A DNA stretch of 64,000 bases, taken from positions 189,534,001 to 189,598,000 of the forward strand of contig JBITNC010000001.1 of assembly GCA_050084985.1 (NCBI GenBank). The letters run 5' to 3'. Numbering within the stretch: position 1 is the stretch's first letter; each line of letters begins with the position of its first letter. The translations under genes and the position numbers were made by a program. Source of the DNA: Nageia nagi (Eukaryota; Plantae; Pinophyta). The notes under the pieces are model-generated. The model was not told where the DNA came from. It worked only from the letters and a program-made list of their open reading frames with translations, and did not search any database. Of this stretch, positions 13,761 to 25,849 are shown piece after piece.

Positions 13761-14628
13761 TATTTGGTGTGGGAGGGAGGAGTTGCCACCTCCTGTAGGT
13801 ATGCAAATGTTTTTCAATTTTTTTTTCTCCTCCTCTACAAATTTTTTCTCCTTTTACTCCCTCTCTCTTCTTTGCACAATGAACCCTCCTTATAATTTTT
13901 TTTTATAAAGTGGGGGTATTTTTTAAATGAGAAAAAAAAATTTAAAGGAAAGTTTTTTTTTTTAAAGGCAATTCAAGTGCTTGATAAGTTTGCACTTGCC
14001 TTTTTATTTTTAAAAAAAAGTGAGAATCCTTTTTTTAAAAAAGATAGGTCAGTTTTTTTAAAAAAAGACATAAAGGACATCCAAAAGGGGGGATATTATA
14101 TTTTCTCATTTATTCTTTATCATATTAATAATATTCACTACTAGTGGGTTAAAATGTGCAATTTTTTATGGCAAGGAATGTGACCTTTAAGTAAAGCTTA
14201 AATATTATTATTTTAAAAAGATTTACAATGAAAAAAAATTCAATTAGACATATTTGACTCCACTTTTGAATGCAAAATTTTTAAATAATTAACTAATAAT
14301 GTCCAATACATTGCACACCAATTTTTTTATGCACACTATTTATTGAGAATTTGCATAAAGTTAAATATTCACACTATTTGTTTTGAATATGCATAATGTT
14401 TAATGTTATGCAAATTTTTTGTGGATGTGCATAGTGTTTGAAGTGAAATTTAGGTGAAAATTTCTTTCAAATTTTGATATGCTCTATTCTTATTGTTTGC
14501 AATGTTATGCAAATTTGTTGTGGATGTGCATAGTCTTTGAAGTGAAATTTAGGTAAAAATTTCTTTCAACCTATGATATACCCTCTCCTTATTGGTTGAC
14601 ATTATGTTAAAATGGAAACTTATTTATA

Positions 14629-15040
14629 GGAAGTTTATCCATGTTTATGGATTGATGCCACTATACTTCCATGGTTGGGAAGTTTATCCATGTTTATGGA
14701 TTGATGCCATTATACTTCTATGGTTGAAAAGTTTATCCATGTTTATGATTTCATGCAACTATACTTTTATATTTGAAAAGTTTATCCATGTTGATGGATT
14801 ATTTGGCACATTGCTACTTGTTAGCAAGTTTTAGTGGATGGAGTGGTTAAAAAATTTTTCCCTTCTCCATGACTACATTTTTGGAGTGGTTAAAAAGGTT
14901 TTCCCTTCTCCATGACTACATTGTTGGAGTGGTTAAAAAGGTTTGCCAATCTTCATGATTGCACATTATTAGAGTGGTTAAAAAGGTCTTTCCTTCTCTA
15001 AAATTATAATTATTTGATGAAATTTGAATCCATGTTGATG
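14629..15040 (+). repeat. two adjacent hairpin-forming tandem arrays (49 bp x4; ~44 bp x4) in element B
   Basis: GGAAGTTTATCCATGTTTATGGAT...ACTTCC units, followed by TGGAGTGGTTAAAAAGG...CTCCA units. Confidence 0.85.
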
Positions 15041-18000
15041 GATTAGTGCTACCAAATTTCATCATATGCATCTTAAGTAGTAGTATAGTCAAGTTAGCTT
15101 TTATGGCTTATGTTCTATCTTATAAATCTTGACTTTTTGGTTGGTCAATTTGGCATTTATGGCTTAAAAATCTTAACTTGGTGATTTAGTTAAGTTATTT
15201 TTTGATCATTTGTGACATGGTTAAGATAACATGGTCACATAAGTATTTGTTTATGATCTTAAACAAACAAACACAAAAAAAAAATGATGATGTTTGATGA
15301 TATTTCTATCTCCTTGTTTGAGAATGCATTTATATCACTTTGTTGATAGTGCATTTGTTGATGTTGTGCACATATAATATTGTTAATATCACATTATGTT
15401 GATATTATACACATATGATATTGTTGATATCATGCTATGTTGATATTATGATATTGTTAGATATCATATTTTGATGATGATGTTGATATCATATTATGGT
15501 TGATACATTTTGTTTAGTTTGCACATATGTTATTTAGTTGATATGGATGGCATTTATCTTATATGAGTATATATGGTGCATCTAATTGATCTTCTTTATG
15601 AACTGCTTATAGCTTGCAGATTTTTTTTTAAGATTGAAGGTTACTTTAAGGATGCAAACTCATGGAGGCTTATCATATCAACATGTTGTTGAATGACTAC
15701 TCTTGTACAAAGAAACCATTTTTTCATTAATGATTGTATTGTAAAACCCTTTGTTAAAATAGTTAAGTAATTGAGCCATTATAGAACCATCTATATGTTA
15801 TTACTTTCTCAAAAATGTAAAAGTTTTCATCTCCACTTGTATCTCTATGGAGGAGAACTCTCTCTTACTCTTTCTCTTTATCTTTTTGACTCCATTCCTA
15901 ATATTGCATTAGAGGGGAGTATTAGAAATTGTAATGTAATATTGTGTAATATTTTTCTTTAATGTAAATTCACTTAATGTTTAAAGCATTAAGGGAATAA
16001 ATTTAGAAACACCTTTAACCTTACCCTTGGGTTAAAGGAAGGTTAAAGGGTGGGTTTCTTTTTATAAATAGAAAGGTACTCCTCTCATTATATACTTGAT
16101 GAAGCATGGTAATGATTTTCTTATAGATTTGTAAGAATGTTCTTGTAGGAGCTCTATAGAATAATTCTTGAGAATTTGTAAGAGAGTTATCTTATGAGAA
16201 GTAATATAATGATGGTCAAAAGTGGCTATGCTCCTTAGAGATGGAGGAACCACTATACGTGTTATCATTTGTGTGATTTTTTAATGCTTTGCTAGATGGA
16301 TGAATGTTAGATTTGTTGGAGAAGCTTCAAAGAGATCTTGATTTATGTAATCCTTCAATTCCATCACAGTATTATATCGTGAGGGGCTTAGGAAGTCCGA
16401 GAAAGGGACCATCATTTGGGTAGAACTGAGAGAGGACTGCTACTTGGGAGGGTGGAGAGGGGGCCATCACCTCTTGAGCATGTGGAGAGGGGGCCACCAG
16501 AGTGGAATCAATGGTATGATACAAAAGGCCATTTGATTCTATTAATTTGTATTCCTTTAACCCTTTTTTATGTAAGCATCCTATTAATGATATTAATTTA
16601 TCATCTTGATGGAATAAAAACCCCCTTTTTTAATTTTCCACCCCTTTTCTAAATACAAAAAGCTTTATATATGCAAAAATAATTTTTTTTTAAATATTTA
16701 AAATTTTATACCTTTAAAAAAAACTTTGCACTTAAAATGGCCCTCCCCCCTTTTATCTTTCCATTTTTTTGCTAAAAAAAATAATTTTTTTTTTTAATTT
16801 TGTAAATATGTCACAAATTTCTTGTCAAAATAACAAATAACAAAAAACATATTAGCATAATGAAACAAAATGAAGGATAAGATAGCATAGGAGGTTATAC
16901 CTTCAAGTATATTTTACCTCTCAAAGATGAATATGAACCTCTAAAATTGGAAGATGAGGAATTTAAATAATGGAAATGAGCCTTCAGTACCTAGTGCTTT
17001 GATACCAAATGATGGAATTTAAGGATTCCATAAATCTCTACATAGTTCAAGGCATGTTGGAGAGCATACAGAGTAGTGTGCATTTCTATTTGATAATATA
17101 TGTCATGGTTAATATAACATGGTCACATGAGTATTTGATAAGTGAAGTTATCATCAAGGAGGACAAAGTAAATGTTATGATATGATGACACCTTCATACC
17201 AAAAATAAACACAAATAATTATCTAAAATAAATAAAAGTAAAAATCAAATTATGTTTGTTATGATGATTGGAGATCATTTGATGCACTTATGTATATTTA
17301 GTATGTATTTGGTTGATAATGCATTTGATATTATGGACATTTGGATATTCATATATTATGGATATACATATTGCACATATGATATGATATATCAAGACTT
17401 TTTAGTATGCACATGTGATATTATTAGACATATTAGTTAATGATGTATGTCATATTTGATGTTGTGCAATATTAGTTTTGTTATAAGTTGCTTGTAGCTT
17501 GTAGGTTTCTTCTAGAGATTACAGGTTACTTACTTCAGGTATGTAGGCTCGTGGATGTCATCATGTCAACTTATTGGATGACTACTACTTGTACATTAAA
17601 ACTATTTATGGTTAATGATTGTATTGTAAACCATTTATTAAAATGGTTAAGTAGTTGAGCTTTGTAAAACTATCTAAATTCTATTACTTCTCATAATTTC
17701 TCTTCTTTGCTTGTATTTTTATGGAGGAGAACTCTCTTACTCTTTCTCTCTTTGTCTTCTCAACTCTTTACCCCAATATTGCATTAAGGGGGAGTGTTAG
17801 AATTAATAATGTATTATTGTAAGGAATATTAATGTAATTCACTTAATACATGAGGCTATCCCTAGATACCTTAAGTATTTTAGAATATGATAATGTAACT
17901 TGTCCTACAATCCATCTCATGAGCATGCCCCTTAAGTAAAAGGGATATGCATGTCATAACTTTGTACAATGGTTAATAGGGTGATCCAAGGGAGGATTTT

Positions 18001-18438
18001 GGCCTATAAATAGAGTGCCATCTCCCTGAGATGACACACTTGGAGAAGCATGAAATGCTAGTCTTGTAGAGTTCTAGGAATGATCTTGTAAGAATTTTAT
18101 AGGAGAATTCTTGTAAAATGATTCTTGAGAATTTGTAGGAGAGTTCACTTGTAAGAAATAATAGAAAATATGGTTCAAATGGATGTACTCCCATTATGGA
18201 GAAACCACTATACATGGTGTGTCTCATTATGCATGAAATTGTGTTTCTTATGTTAGATATTTATAGAATCTTTAATTTCCATCAAAAAGATGTATTTTAA
18301 TTAAAATAAAATTCCTTTTTAGGTGTTAATAGATGCCCCACTTTGAATATGATTTGAGGTCATAAGTTAATAAGGACTTGCAATCTTAACTTAATGATGA
18401 GGGCTTACCAATTAACATTAATTATCAAAACTTGAAGT

Positions 18439-18723
18439 GTAGTGGAATGCTCATCACTACCCTCACAATCTACCATTTTCCCATAAATTATGATCCTTTA
18501 TGAAATGCTCATCATAAAATGTCACAATATGCAAGTTTTGAGTAATGGAATGCTCATCATTACTCCCCATAAAATATCAATTTACAAAAGATTATAATCC
18601 TTGATGAAATGCTCATCATCAAGTATCATGTTATTCAATATGTTGAGTAACATGATGCTCATCATTACTCCCCACTAGTAATCAAATTATTGTCTAATAG
18701 GTAACGAAATGCTAGTCATCACC
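18439..18723 (-). repeat. array of 6 stem-loops with conserved 10-nt loop RAATGCTCAT
   Basis: Stems gtagtg/cactac, tttatg/cataaa, gagtaatg/cattactc, cttgatg/catcaag, gagtaa/ttactc, ggtaacg/catcacc. Confidence 0.85.
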
Positions 18724-19174
18724 CATATCATGAATAGCAATTTTCATATAATAAATAAATTAATTATTTCAATATCAAAAGTAACCATTTATGAAATAGT
18801 AAGGAGTTATTCATATTACCTACACTTACCCTTATGGAGAAGCCTAGTTTACAAAACATGGTTGATTTTCACTTTACTAACACAATGGCATCGCTTAGAA
18901 CGTAGTAGTGTTGCTAGTATTATTCACTTAATTTTTTGCAAATTTAGTTAACACAAATGAAAAGAAATGGTAGTGTAAAAAATTATCTTTTAAATATATA
19001 ATCACTTTAAATGCATTAATTATCATAATAAAAGCTAGACATCTCATATATTAAGATTATCATAATATCTCAAAGCACAAGCCAGTATGAACATATAAAA
19101 TATGTTTCCCCAACTAGGATGACTTATCTCAAAGTAACATGTTGACTCACTTAAGAGGATTTACCTCAAAGTAA

Positions 19175-19455
19175 TAACATGCCCCATCTTTCGAAGAGGT
19201 ATTGATAAGCATGCCTCATCTTTCAAAGAGGTCTTAATAAGAGTGTCCCTCTCTTACAGAGAGACCAATGATAAGAGTTCCCCTCCCTTATAGAGAAACC
19301 AATGATAAGAGTGCTCCTCCATATAGAGAGACCAATGATAAGAATGATATGACAAACATTATATGATAAACATGATATGACAAGCATGATATGATAAACA
19401 TAATATGATAAGCATGATATGGTAAACTTTATAGTATAAGCATGGTATGAAAAGT
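19175..19455. repeat. 32-34-bp tandem repeat x5 grading into a 14-bp repeat (ATGATATGAYAARC) x~8
   Basis: Direct reading of 19178-19450. Confidence 0.8.
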
Positions 19456-21651
19456 CATAACATCATTTTACTATCAAATCATTAAGCATTCAAAAATCAT
19501 CCAATCTTAAATCATAATCATAAGATATCAACAAAATATCATTAAAGGCTAGAGCATTATTAAACATGAAGAGAAAAATATAGGGATTTAAACTCATTGG
19601 CTTGACTTGTTTTAAGTCCCCAAACACAAATGAATTTTTAAAATATGAAAGAAACTAAAATTTCTATCATTTATAAGAAAAAATATTTGAAATTTGAATT
19701 GATCATCTGAAATTTTTCTAACTTCAAGCATCAATTCCTAGAGTTCTCTTAAAATTTTCATAAAAAACCTGCCCCTTACCTTAGGCAAAGTCTTACATAC
19801 TAAAATCTCACTAGAAATATGAAATTATAATTAAATTCCACACTAAAATAATATCATATAAATCTAAAATATTTTATTTTCAACTCTAATTATTGCTCAA
19901 GATGCCCCCAATCCTAGTTGAAAATTGCCAAAAAATTGACCAACTAACTACCTCCAACTAACTTATGAAGGAAATAATCAAATATCTCATATTCATTCAT
20001 CATAAAAATTATCAAAATCATGGGATAAATAATTTATCACATCCTTAAGCTCATAAAACTTATAATATCCTTAATTCATTACATATCAAATCTCGTATCA
20101 TGACTGATTTAATACAACTTGTAGATTGACAATTTTCTTCATTGACAACAAAATATGAAATTATATCCATTTCCATGATTTATCCAAAAATAACTTAAAT
20201 TATATTAAAAATTTTATATATAGGGATAAAATATTCATTCATACCTTATTCTCAACTGACTTGAAGGTTGAGAGTCAACATTTTCACTTCTTGCAACTTT
20301 GCAGCAACTTTACAACTTTTTAACAACTTTTAACTTGTCATGAGAACAACTCCAAATTATTTTAAATCATGAAATAAAATTAAAAAAAACATATTTTCAT
20401 AACTGAAACATATTCATCTCAAAATTTTAGCCTTTGATTCTCGCTTTTCCACATTTTTACCCTCTTACTTCATGATTGAACCATTCTTGCAAACTTGAAA
20501 TTGTTAAAAAAAAACTATCAACTTCCAACAAGCATAACTTTTGTTGTACATATCCAATAAGGCTCATTATTTTTTAATTATAAAGTATAAAAACTATTTG
20601 AATTGATAAAATTTTGATAAAAAATAATTGATTTAGGGGTTGAGACAAACTTGATTTACACTTGCCAAACTTGAAACTTAAAATGACCATAACTTTTGAT
20701 CCAAGAGGAATTTTTAGGTGATTTTTTTTTAATTTGCATATTATTTTGAGAAATATCCATTAAAATAATTTTATTTTTTAGAAGCATGGCTCAAAATGGA
20801 TTGGAAACTCTCCACACCTTACCCCCATAGAGCATTTTTTTCCTACAAGCTAGTTCTTTCATCTTTTTGTAAAAAATGTCTTTCATTTCTAATAACAACT
20901 TGATTGTTTATTGGTTTACACCTATGATTAATTTTGAAAAAAAAAAATCAAATTTTATTCAAAACAAGCACTTTACAATAACTTTCCACAAAATTTGCAC
21001 AAGTAAGCAGTTTCAAATAATGACTATGTAATATCTGCAAAAACTAAACTATGTCTTTACTTCTTTAGATTCCTCCAAGAACAAAGAACTATTTATGATA
21101 TTAAATTCTTTAGATTACCCAAGACCAAATGACTATCACATAACACAATAATGTATGATAATAAAAAATGCAACTAGCATGATTATGCACCTAACAACGC
21201 ACCTAAAATGCTAAAAATGCAATCCTATCCTATATGAAATACAAGAGAATGCATGATCAAATATTCATTTTTATATTATTAGCAAATTTTTCTTATTTTC
21301 ATTAATTTTTACATATCCTAGCATGCCTTCTTCTATTATCTTGTCTTCTTGATTTTTATCTTCTTTTAAGCATTCAAATTGCCTAAATTTCTCTTTTCTA
21401 AATGTTTCCATTATTTTTTCAAATTGATCAATGATTTGATGTTTTTGTTTCTTGTTCATCATTTGAAATAATCTTTCATTATTATACTAGTGCCACTCTC
21501 ATATTCACATATTATACTCTTCAATAAAATAATATTTTTTATCAAACACTCTTGCTAAATATATATCTAGCTTTTCTTCCATTTTCTAAGCAAATTGGAC
21601 CTGTTTTTCTTGCCTATATTTTCTAATAAACTTATCATACTCTATAAGAAC

Positions 21652-23601
21652 TCTATACACCTAAATATGATTTATTATTAATTAATAAATCATATTTATT
21701 GCATTAAATAATATTATTATAAAAAAAGGTGTAAATTCACCATAAACAATGTAATGGGCCAATATCAATGTAAAAGGTGTAGATCTCAAGAACAAATGCA
21801 TCTATAAAAAGAATATCAAAGCAAGATATTCCACATGAGAGCAAGTCCAAGAAATGAACCACAAATGAAATGATGTATTTAGACACCACCTCCCCAACTT
21901 GTATTTGTGATCCCCCTCTTACTATGAATCATTTTCATTCTTTGTACGAGGGAAGATTCCTCAAAATGCATAGCATCAGTGCCCTAAATTTGAATACTTT
22001 CACTATGTGGGAGCTCTTGTTCCTGAATCTAATGGAGTGGTAGTTTAACTTTCTAGATCTCATTGATGATCAGAAGGTAAGCATGTGATAAATTATTTTG
22101 TATGTACTCAAAAAGATTTATTCATTTATGAGGTTTGTACATCAGTTAGAGATTAGATTTGGCTTGTATTGCTTCATATTTACTATAGATTATAATAATA
22201 AATTATTTATTTAATTTATTATTTATGATTTACATTTTGGTGAACTTATCATTTCAAAGGATTTTGTCCCATAGGGTAAGGTTTTGTGCACATATGATAA
22301 GGACCTTCATTTGGATCTCTTTTTTTATCCAAGTCCTCCTTGGTTACTACTTTAGTAGATTCTAATAGTGACTCATTGACCATTGCTCTGATAGATACTA
22401 ATATTAATTTATTGGCCACTACTTTGGTAGATACCAATATTGATATATTGGCCACTATCTTGTAGATACCAATGGTGATTCACTACTTTAGTAGATACCA
22501 GTGTTGACAAGGAGGGAAAGAAGATTAGAAGGAAGCAATCAAAAGCATAATTTTGAACCTAAAAAGAAGTGAGCAAATAGTGTTAATATCATTCATAACT
22601 TACAATAACAATGTCCACATCCTTATTCCTTGCAACAACAACACACCAGTAGAACCTATGAACTCCCTAGTCTCAAAAATGAAGGAGTCATCCCCATACA
22701 TAAAATGAGGAGAAGAGAGTTTTTGGTTGCATCATGGGAACTCGCCAAAGAAAGCCATCTAGAGAGTAGATCCAAAGGTATCATCAATCCTTCAAGAGGA
22801 GAGTTTCTATTGAATTCATGGGGCAACCTCAGAATATTATCTTCCCCCATCTTTTTTTTGTCTTAATCACCCCATCCATGGAGCTTTCCTGGGAAAACTA
22901 AGTAAAAAAGGGCATACAAGGGGCATAAAATCAGTAATGTTCAAGGAAGAATGGTTTAATTTGAAGCATATGTTTTTCTTCTTTAATTATTTAGATTATC
23001 CAATTTCAATTCTTGTCATTACATATCCAAAGGGGGGAAAGATGTAGACACCTAAATATGATTTATTATTAATTAATAAATCATATTTATTGCATTAAAT
23101 AATATTGTTGTAAAAAGGGTGTAAATACACCAAAAGCAATGTAATGAGCACATATCAATGTAAAAGGTGTAGATCTCAAGAACAAATACATCTATAAAAG
23201 AATATCAAAGCAAGATATTCCACATGAGTGCAAGTCCAATAAATGCACCACAAATCAAATGGTATCTTTAGACACCACCTTCCTAACTTGGATTTGTGAT
23301 CCTCCTCTTGCTACAAATCATTTTCATTTTTTGAGCAAGGGCATATTCCTCAAAACACATGGTATTGGTGCCCTAAATTTGACTGTGATGTGGGCACTCT
23401 TGTTCCTAAATCTGATGGAGTAGTAATTCAACCTCCTAGAGCTCATCGATGATAAGAAGTTAGGCATGTGACCACTCACTTCGTATGTACTTGAAAATAT
23501 ATATTCATTTATGAGGTTTGTACATTAGTTAGAGATCAGATCTGGCTTGTATTGCTTCATATTTATTGTAGATCATAACAATTCATTATTTATAGTTTAT
23601 A
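21652..23601 (+). mobile_element. small non-autonomous LTR element D (1.95 kb) nested in E; LTRs 21652-22234 and 23043-23601
   Basis: Paired ~570-bp LTRs, perfect TSD AGAAC (21647-51 and 23602-06), PBS-like TGGTGAAC at 22238, PPT AAAGGGGGGAAAGA at 23029-42, 808-bp interior without an intact ORF. Confidence 0.9.
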
Positions 23602-23726
23602 AGAACATTATACCTTTTGGTTTTTGGCATCTCCTTAAACTTATTATTATAGATTGTAACATTATCTAATATTCTTATTGTAATCACTCATTCAATATTT
23701 GATAATTCACTTTGGTTTTTTTTAAG

Positions 23727-23730
<4 letters not shown>

Positions 23731-23754
<24 letters not shown>
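23731..23754. repeat. (AT)n microsatellite
   Basis: Direct reading. Confidence 0.95.
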
Positions 23755-23757
<3 letters not shown>

Positions 23758-24637
23758 CAACTATGTTTTAATTCATTTACTCAATATCAAATAGATCCAT
23801 TACGTTACAATTATTATCATAATCATCCTCATAATAATAATCATCATAATCTTTGCTATTACTACTATCCTTTTCTGAGTTTGTATTTTCATATTCATAA
23901 CTAAATAGAACTTGGGAATAGTTACTTACCTAGGCTATTGAGAGTTGAACCTATGGTGCAAAGATGAAATCATTTTGTTACTTACAATTTGAATCTATAG
24001 TGTTCTCACATCGTGGAGCATTATTGCTTGAAATATCATCAAATTTGAGGGGGGTTGTGACTCTCAAGTGTGCTATTTTGCTTATCTCTTTCCAAATATT
24101 TTTAACATCTTCTTGTACTTTGGTTAGATCTTGATCTTTGCATACATTATCATCATCATTACTAGCAATATATAGGATATTATCTTTTATAGAAATATCA
24201 CCTTTATCAATGCTTTGATCATCTAATCCAAAATTTGATGTTTCATCAAAAGAAAGTGCATCCTTAGAATGTTCAACATGATAAATACTATCATTATCAT
24301 TAACTAAAGAAACCTCATTAATATCAACTTGATCACTTGTACCACTAGCATTATCTATAAAATAACTTGTTAAACTAATTTCATCATGAGATTTACTTAT
24401 ATCAATGATTTATGATATCTCTGCATTTTCATGTGTCTCATCTAGCTTTAAAATTTCATCAATGTTTTATTGTCTAAATGCATATAATATTACATTATAT
24501 CCATATTTAAGCAATTTAGGAATACACATACAAATCATTATAAATAAAAAATTGAAAACCTTAAGAAATCTTAATGAAAATGCATAGAACAAGCCCAAAT
24601 GACTTGTTCTATATATGCCATGGATATTGTATATCAT

Positions 24638-24642
24638 TATAT

Positions 24643-24712
<70 letters not shown>
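24638..24712. repeat. compound (ATAC)n(AT)n microsatellite
   Basis: Direct reading; explains the YI-repeat ORFs at 24467-24928. Confidence 0.95.
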
Positions 24713-24715
<3 letters not shown>

Positions 24716-25849
24716 TTCATAAAATATGTTATATATTGTATGTGGCTTGCATGTTTTGAGTGCATTTGCATTTATGCATGTAAAGAGTATCAATATAAAT
24801 AAGTTGAGATGAATGAATAATTGTACTAAATAATAAAAATGAACACTAAAGGGAAATGAACAACTTGATAAAAGTTTATAATACTTTTTTATTTTTACTG
24901 ATAAATGTTTGATAAAATAACTAAACATTCAATTAGTCTATAGGTTACCAAAAAATAATTGAACATTCACAAATAATATAGTAATGAAACTAATGCATAA
25001 TAATAAATACAAACAATAATGAAATAAGTGCACCTAATTCCTCAAATGATGTAATCAAACTTGTCATAGGCTTGGATCAAGTTTGTGATAAACAGGATTA
25101 AGATATGTAACACTTGGAATCTAGGTTCATTATTACTCGAATTTGATGCTCCACTTACCTCATAGTAAGAATGTTGGTATTCTTGTTACATAACACAAGA
25201 TCATTGAATTTAGAAATTTAGATTATATGCATAAGTGGAAAGTATTCAAAATCTTGAAAGTGTAACGGATCTAAGTATAATAGGTAGTGCTTAGAAGCAT
25301 TGAGAGGTAGGGAATGGCATAACTTACTCCTTTTATACATTACAAAATAAAAACAAGATTATTAGCTGACATACCAAGAAAATAAGATAATAATGATAGT
25401 ATCAAGATAATGAAAGATGTAATCATGATTAAAAGTATTTAGCATTTATTGGCATAATAGAATTAATATTTACACAATATAAATAATATATCATTTAGAT
25501 ATCATAAATATGATTTTTAAATAAATAAAATTTATTTTTAGGTGTCTATAATCCTTCATTTACCCATACAAATCCTTGATTTTTCATTTTTAATTATTAA
25601 CATCCTTATAGTAATCTTATTTTTTTGATAAGTTCTAGGTAAATTTGAATTATATATTATAAAAACCTTATATTTTGAAAGGGCTCTAAGAACCATGTAC
25701 AACAAAATATTTTAGTTTAAATATAATAAAGTTCATAAAAGTGTAAGCTAAGGTAGCTTCTTATGTTCATAACGTAGAAGAACAAAGTATGATAGATATA
25801 ACTTAAGTGGTTGTAAAACAAAGCGGATTGCAAAAAAAAATAGATTGCA

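Larger units (their letters stand above)
12213..16366 (+). mobile_element. non-autonomous LTR element B (LARD-like) nested in A; LTRs 12213-12691 and 15920-16366
   Basis: Paired LTRs, PBS TGGTATCAGA at 12694, PPT AGAGGGGAG at 15911-19, decayed TSD TAATA/CAGTA, 3.2-kb non-coding interior with tandem arrays. LTR related to that of A. Confidence 0.88.
10979..18284 (+). mobile_element. LTR element A (no recognisable pol); LTRs 10979-11469 and 17795-18284
   Basis: ~490-bp TG..CA direct repeats, perfect 5-bp TSD AAAAG (10974-78 and 18285-89), PPT AAGGGGGAG before 17795, degenerate PBS-like TTTCCTATTAGAGCC after 11469. Confidence 0.85.
18285..25550 (-). mobile_element. LTR element E (Gypsy Tat/Ogre-like layout, no recognisable pol), degenerate
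   Basis: Similar LTR starts at 25550 (rc TATAGACACCTAAA) and 18330 (rc TATTAACACCTAAA). PPT (rc of GATGCCCCCACTTT) at 18331-44. Long 3' non-coding region with tandem arrays; decayed ORF relics at 21270-21650 and 24050-24550. Confidence 0.6.

Noticed and set aside
24467-24928. 153-aa ORF and overlapping YI-rich ORFs
   Set aside because: Artefacts of the (AT)n/(ATAC)n microsatellite.
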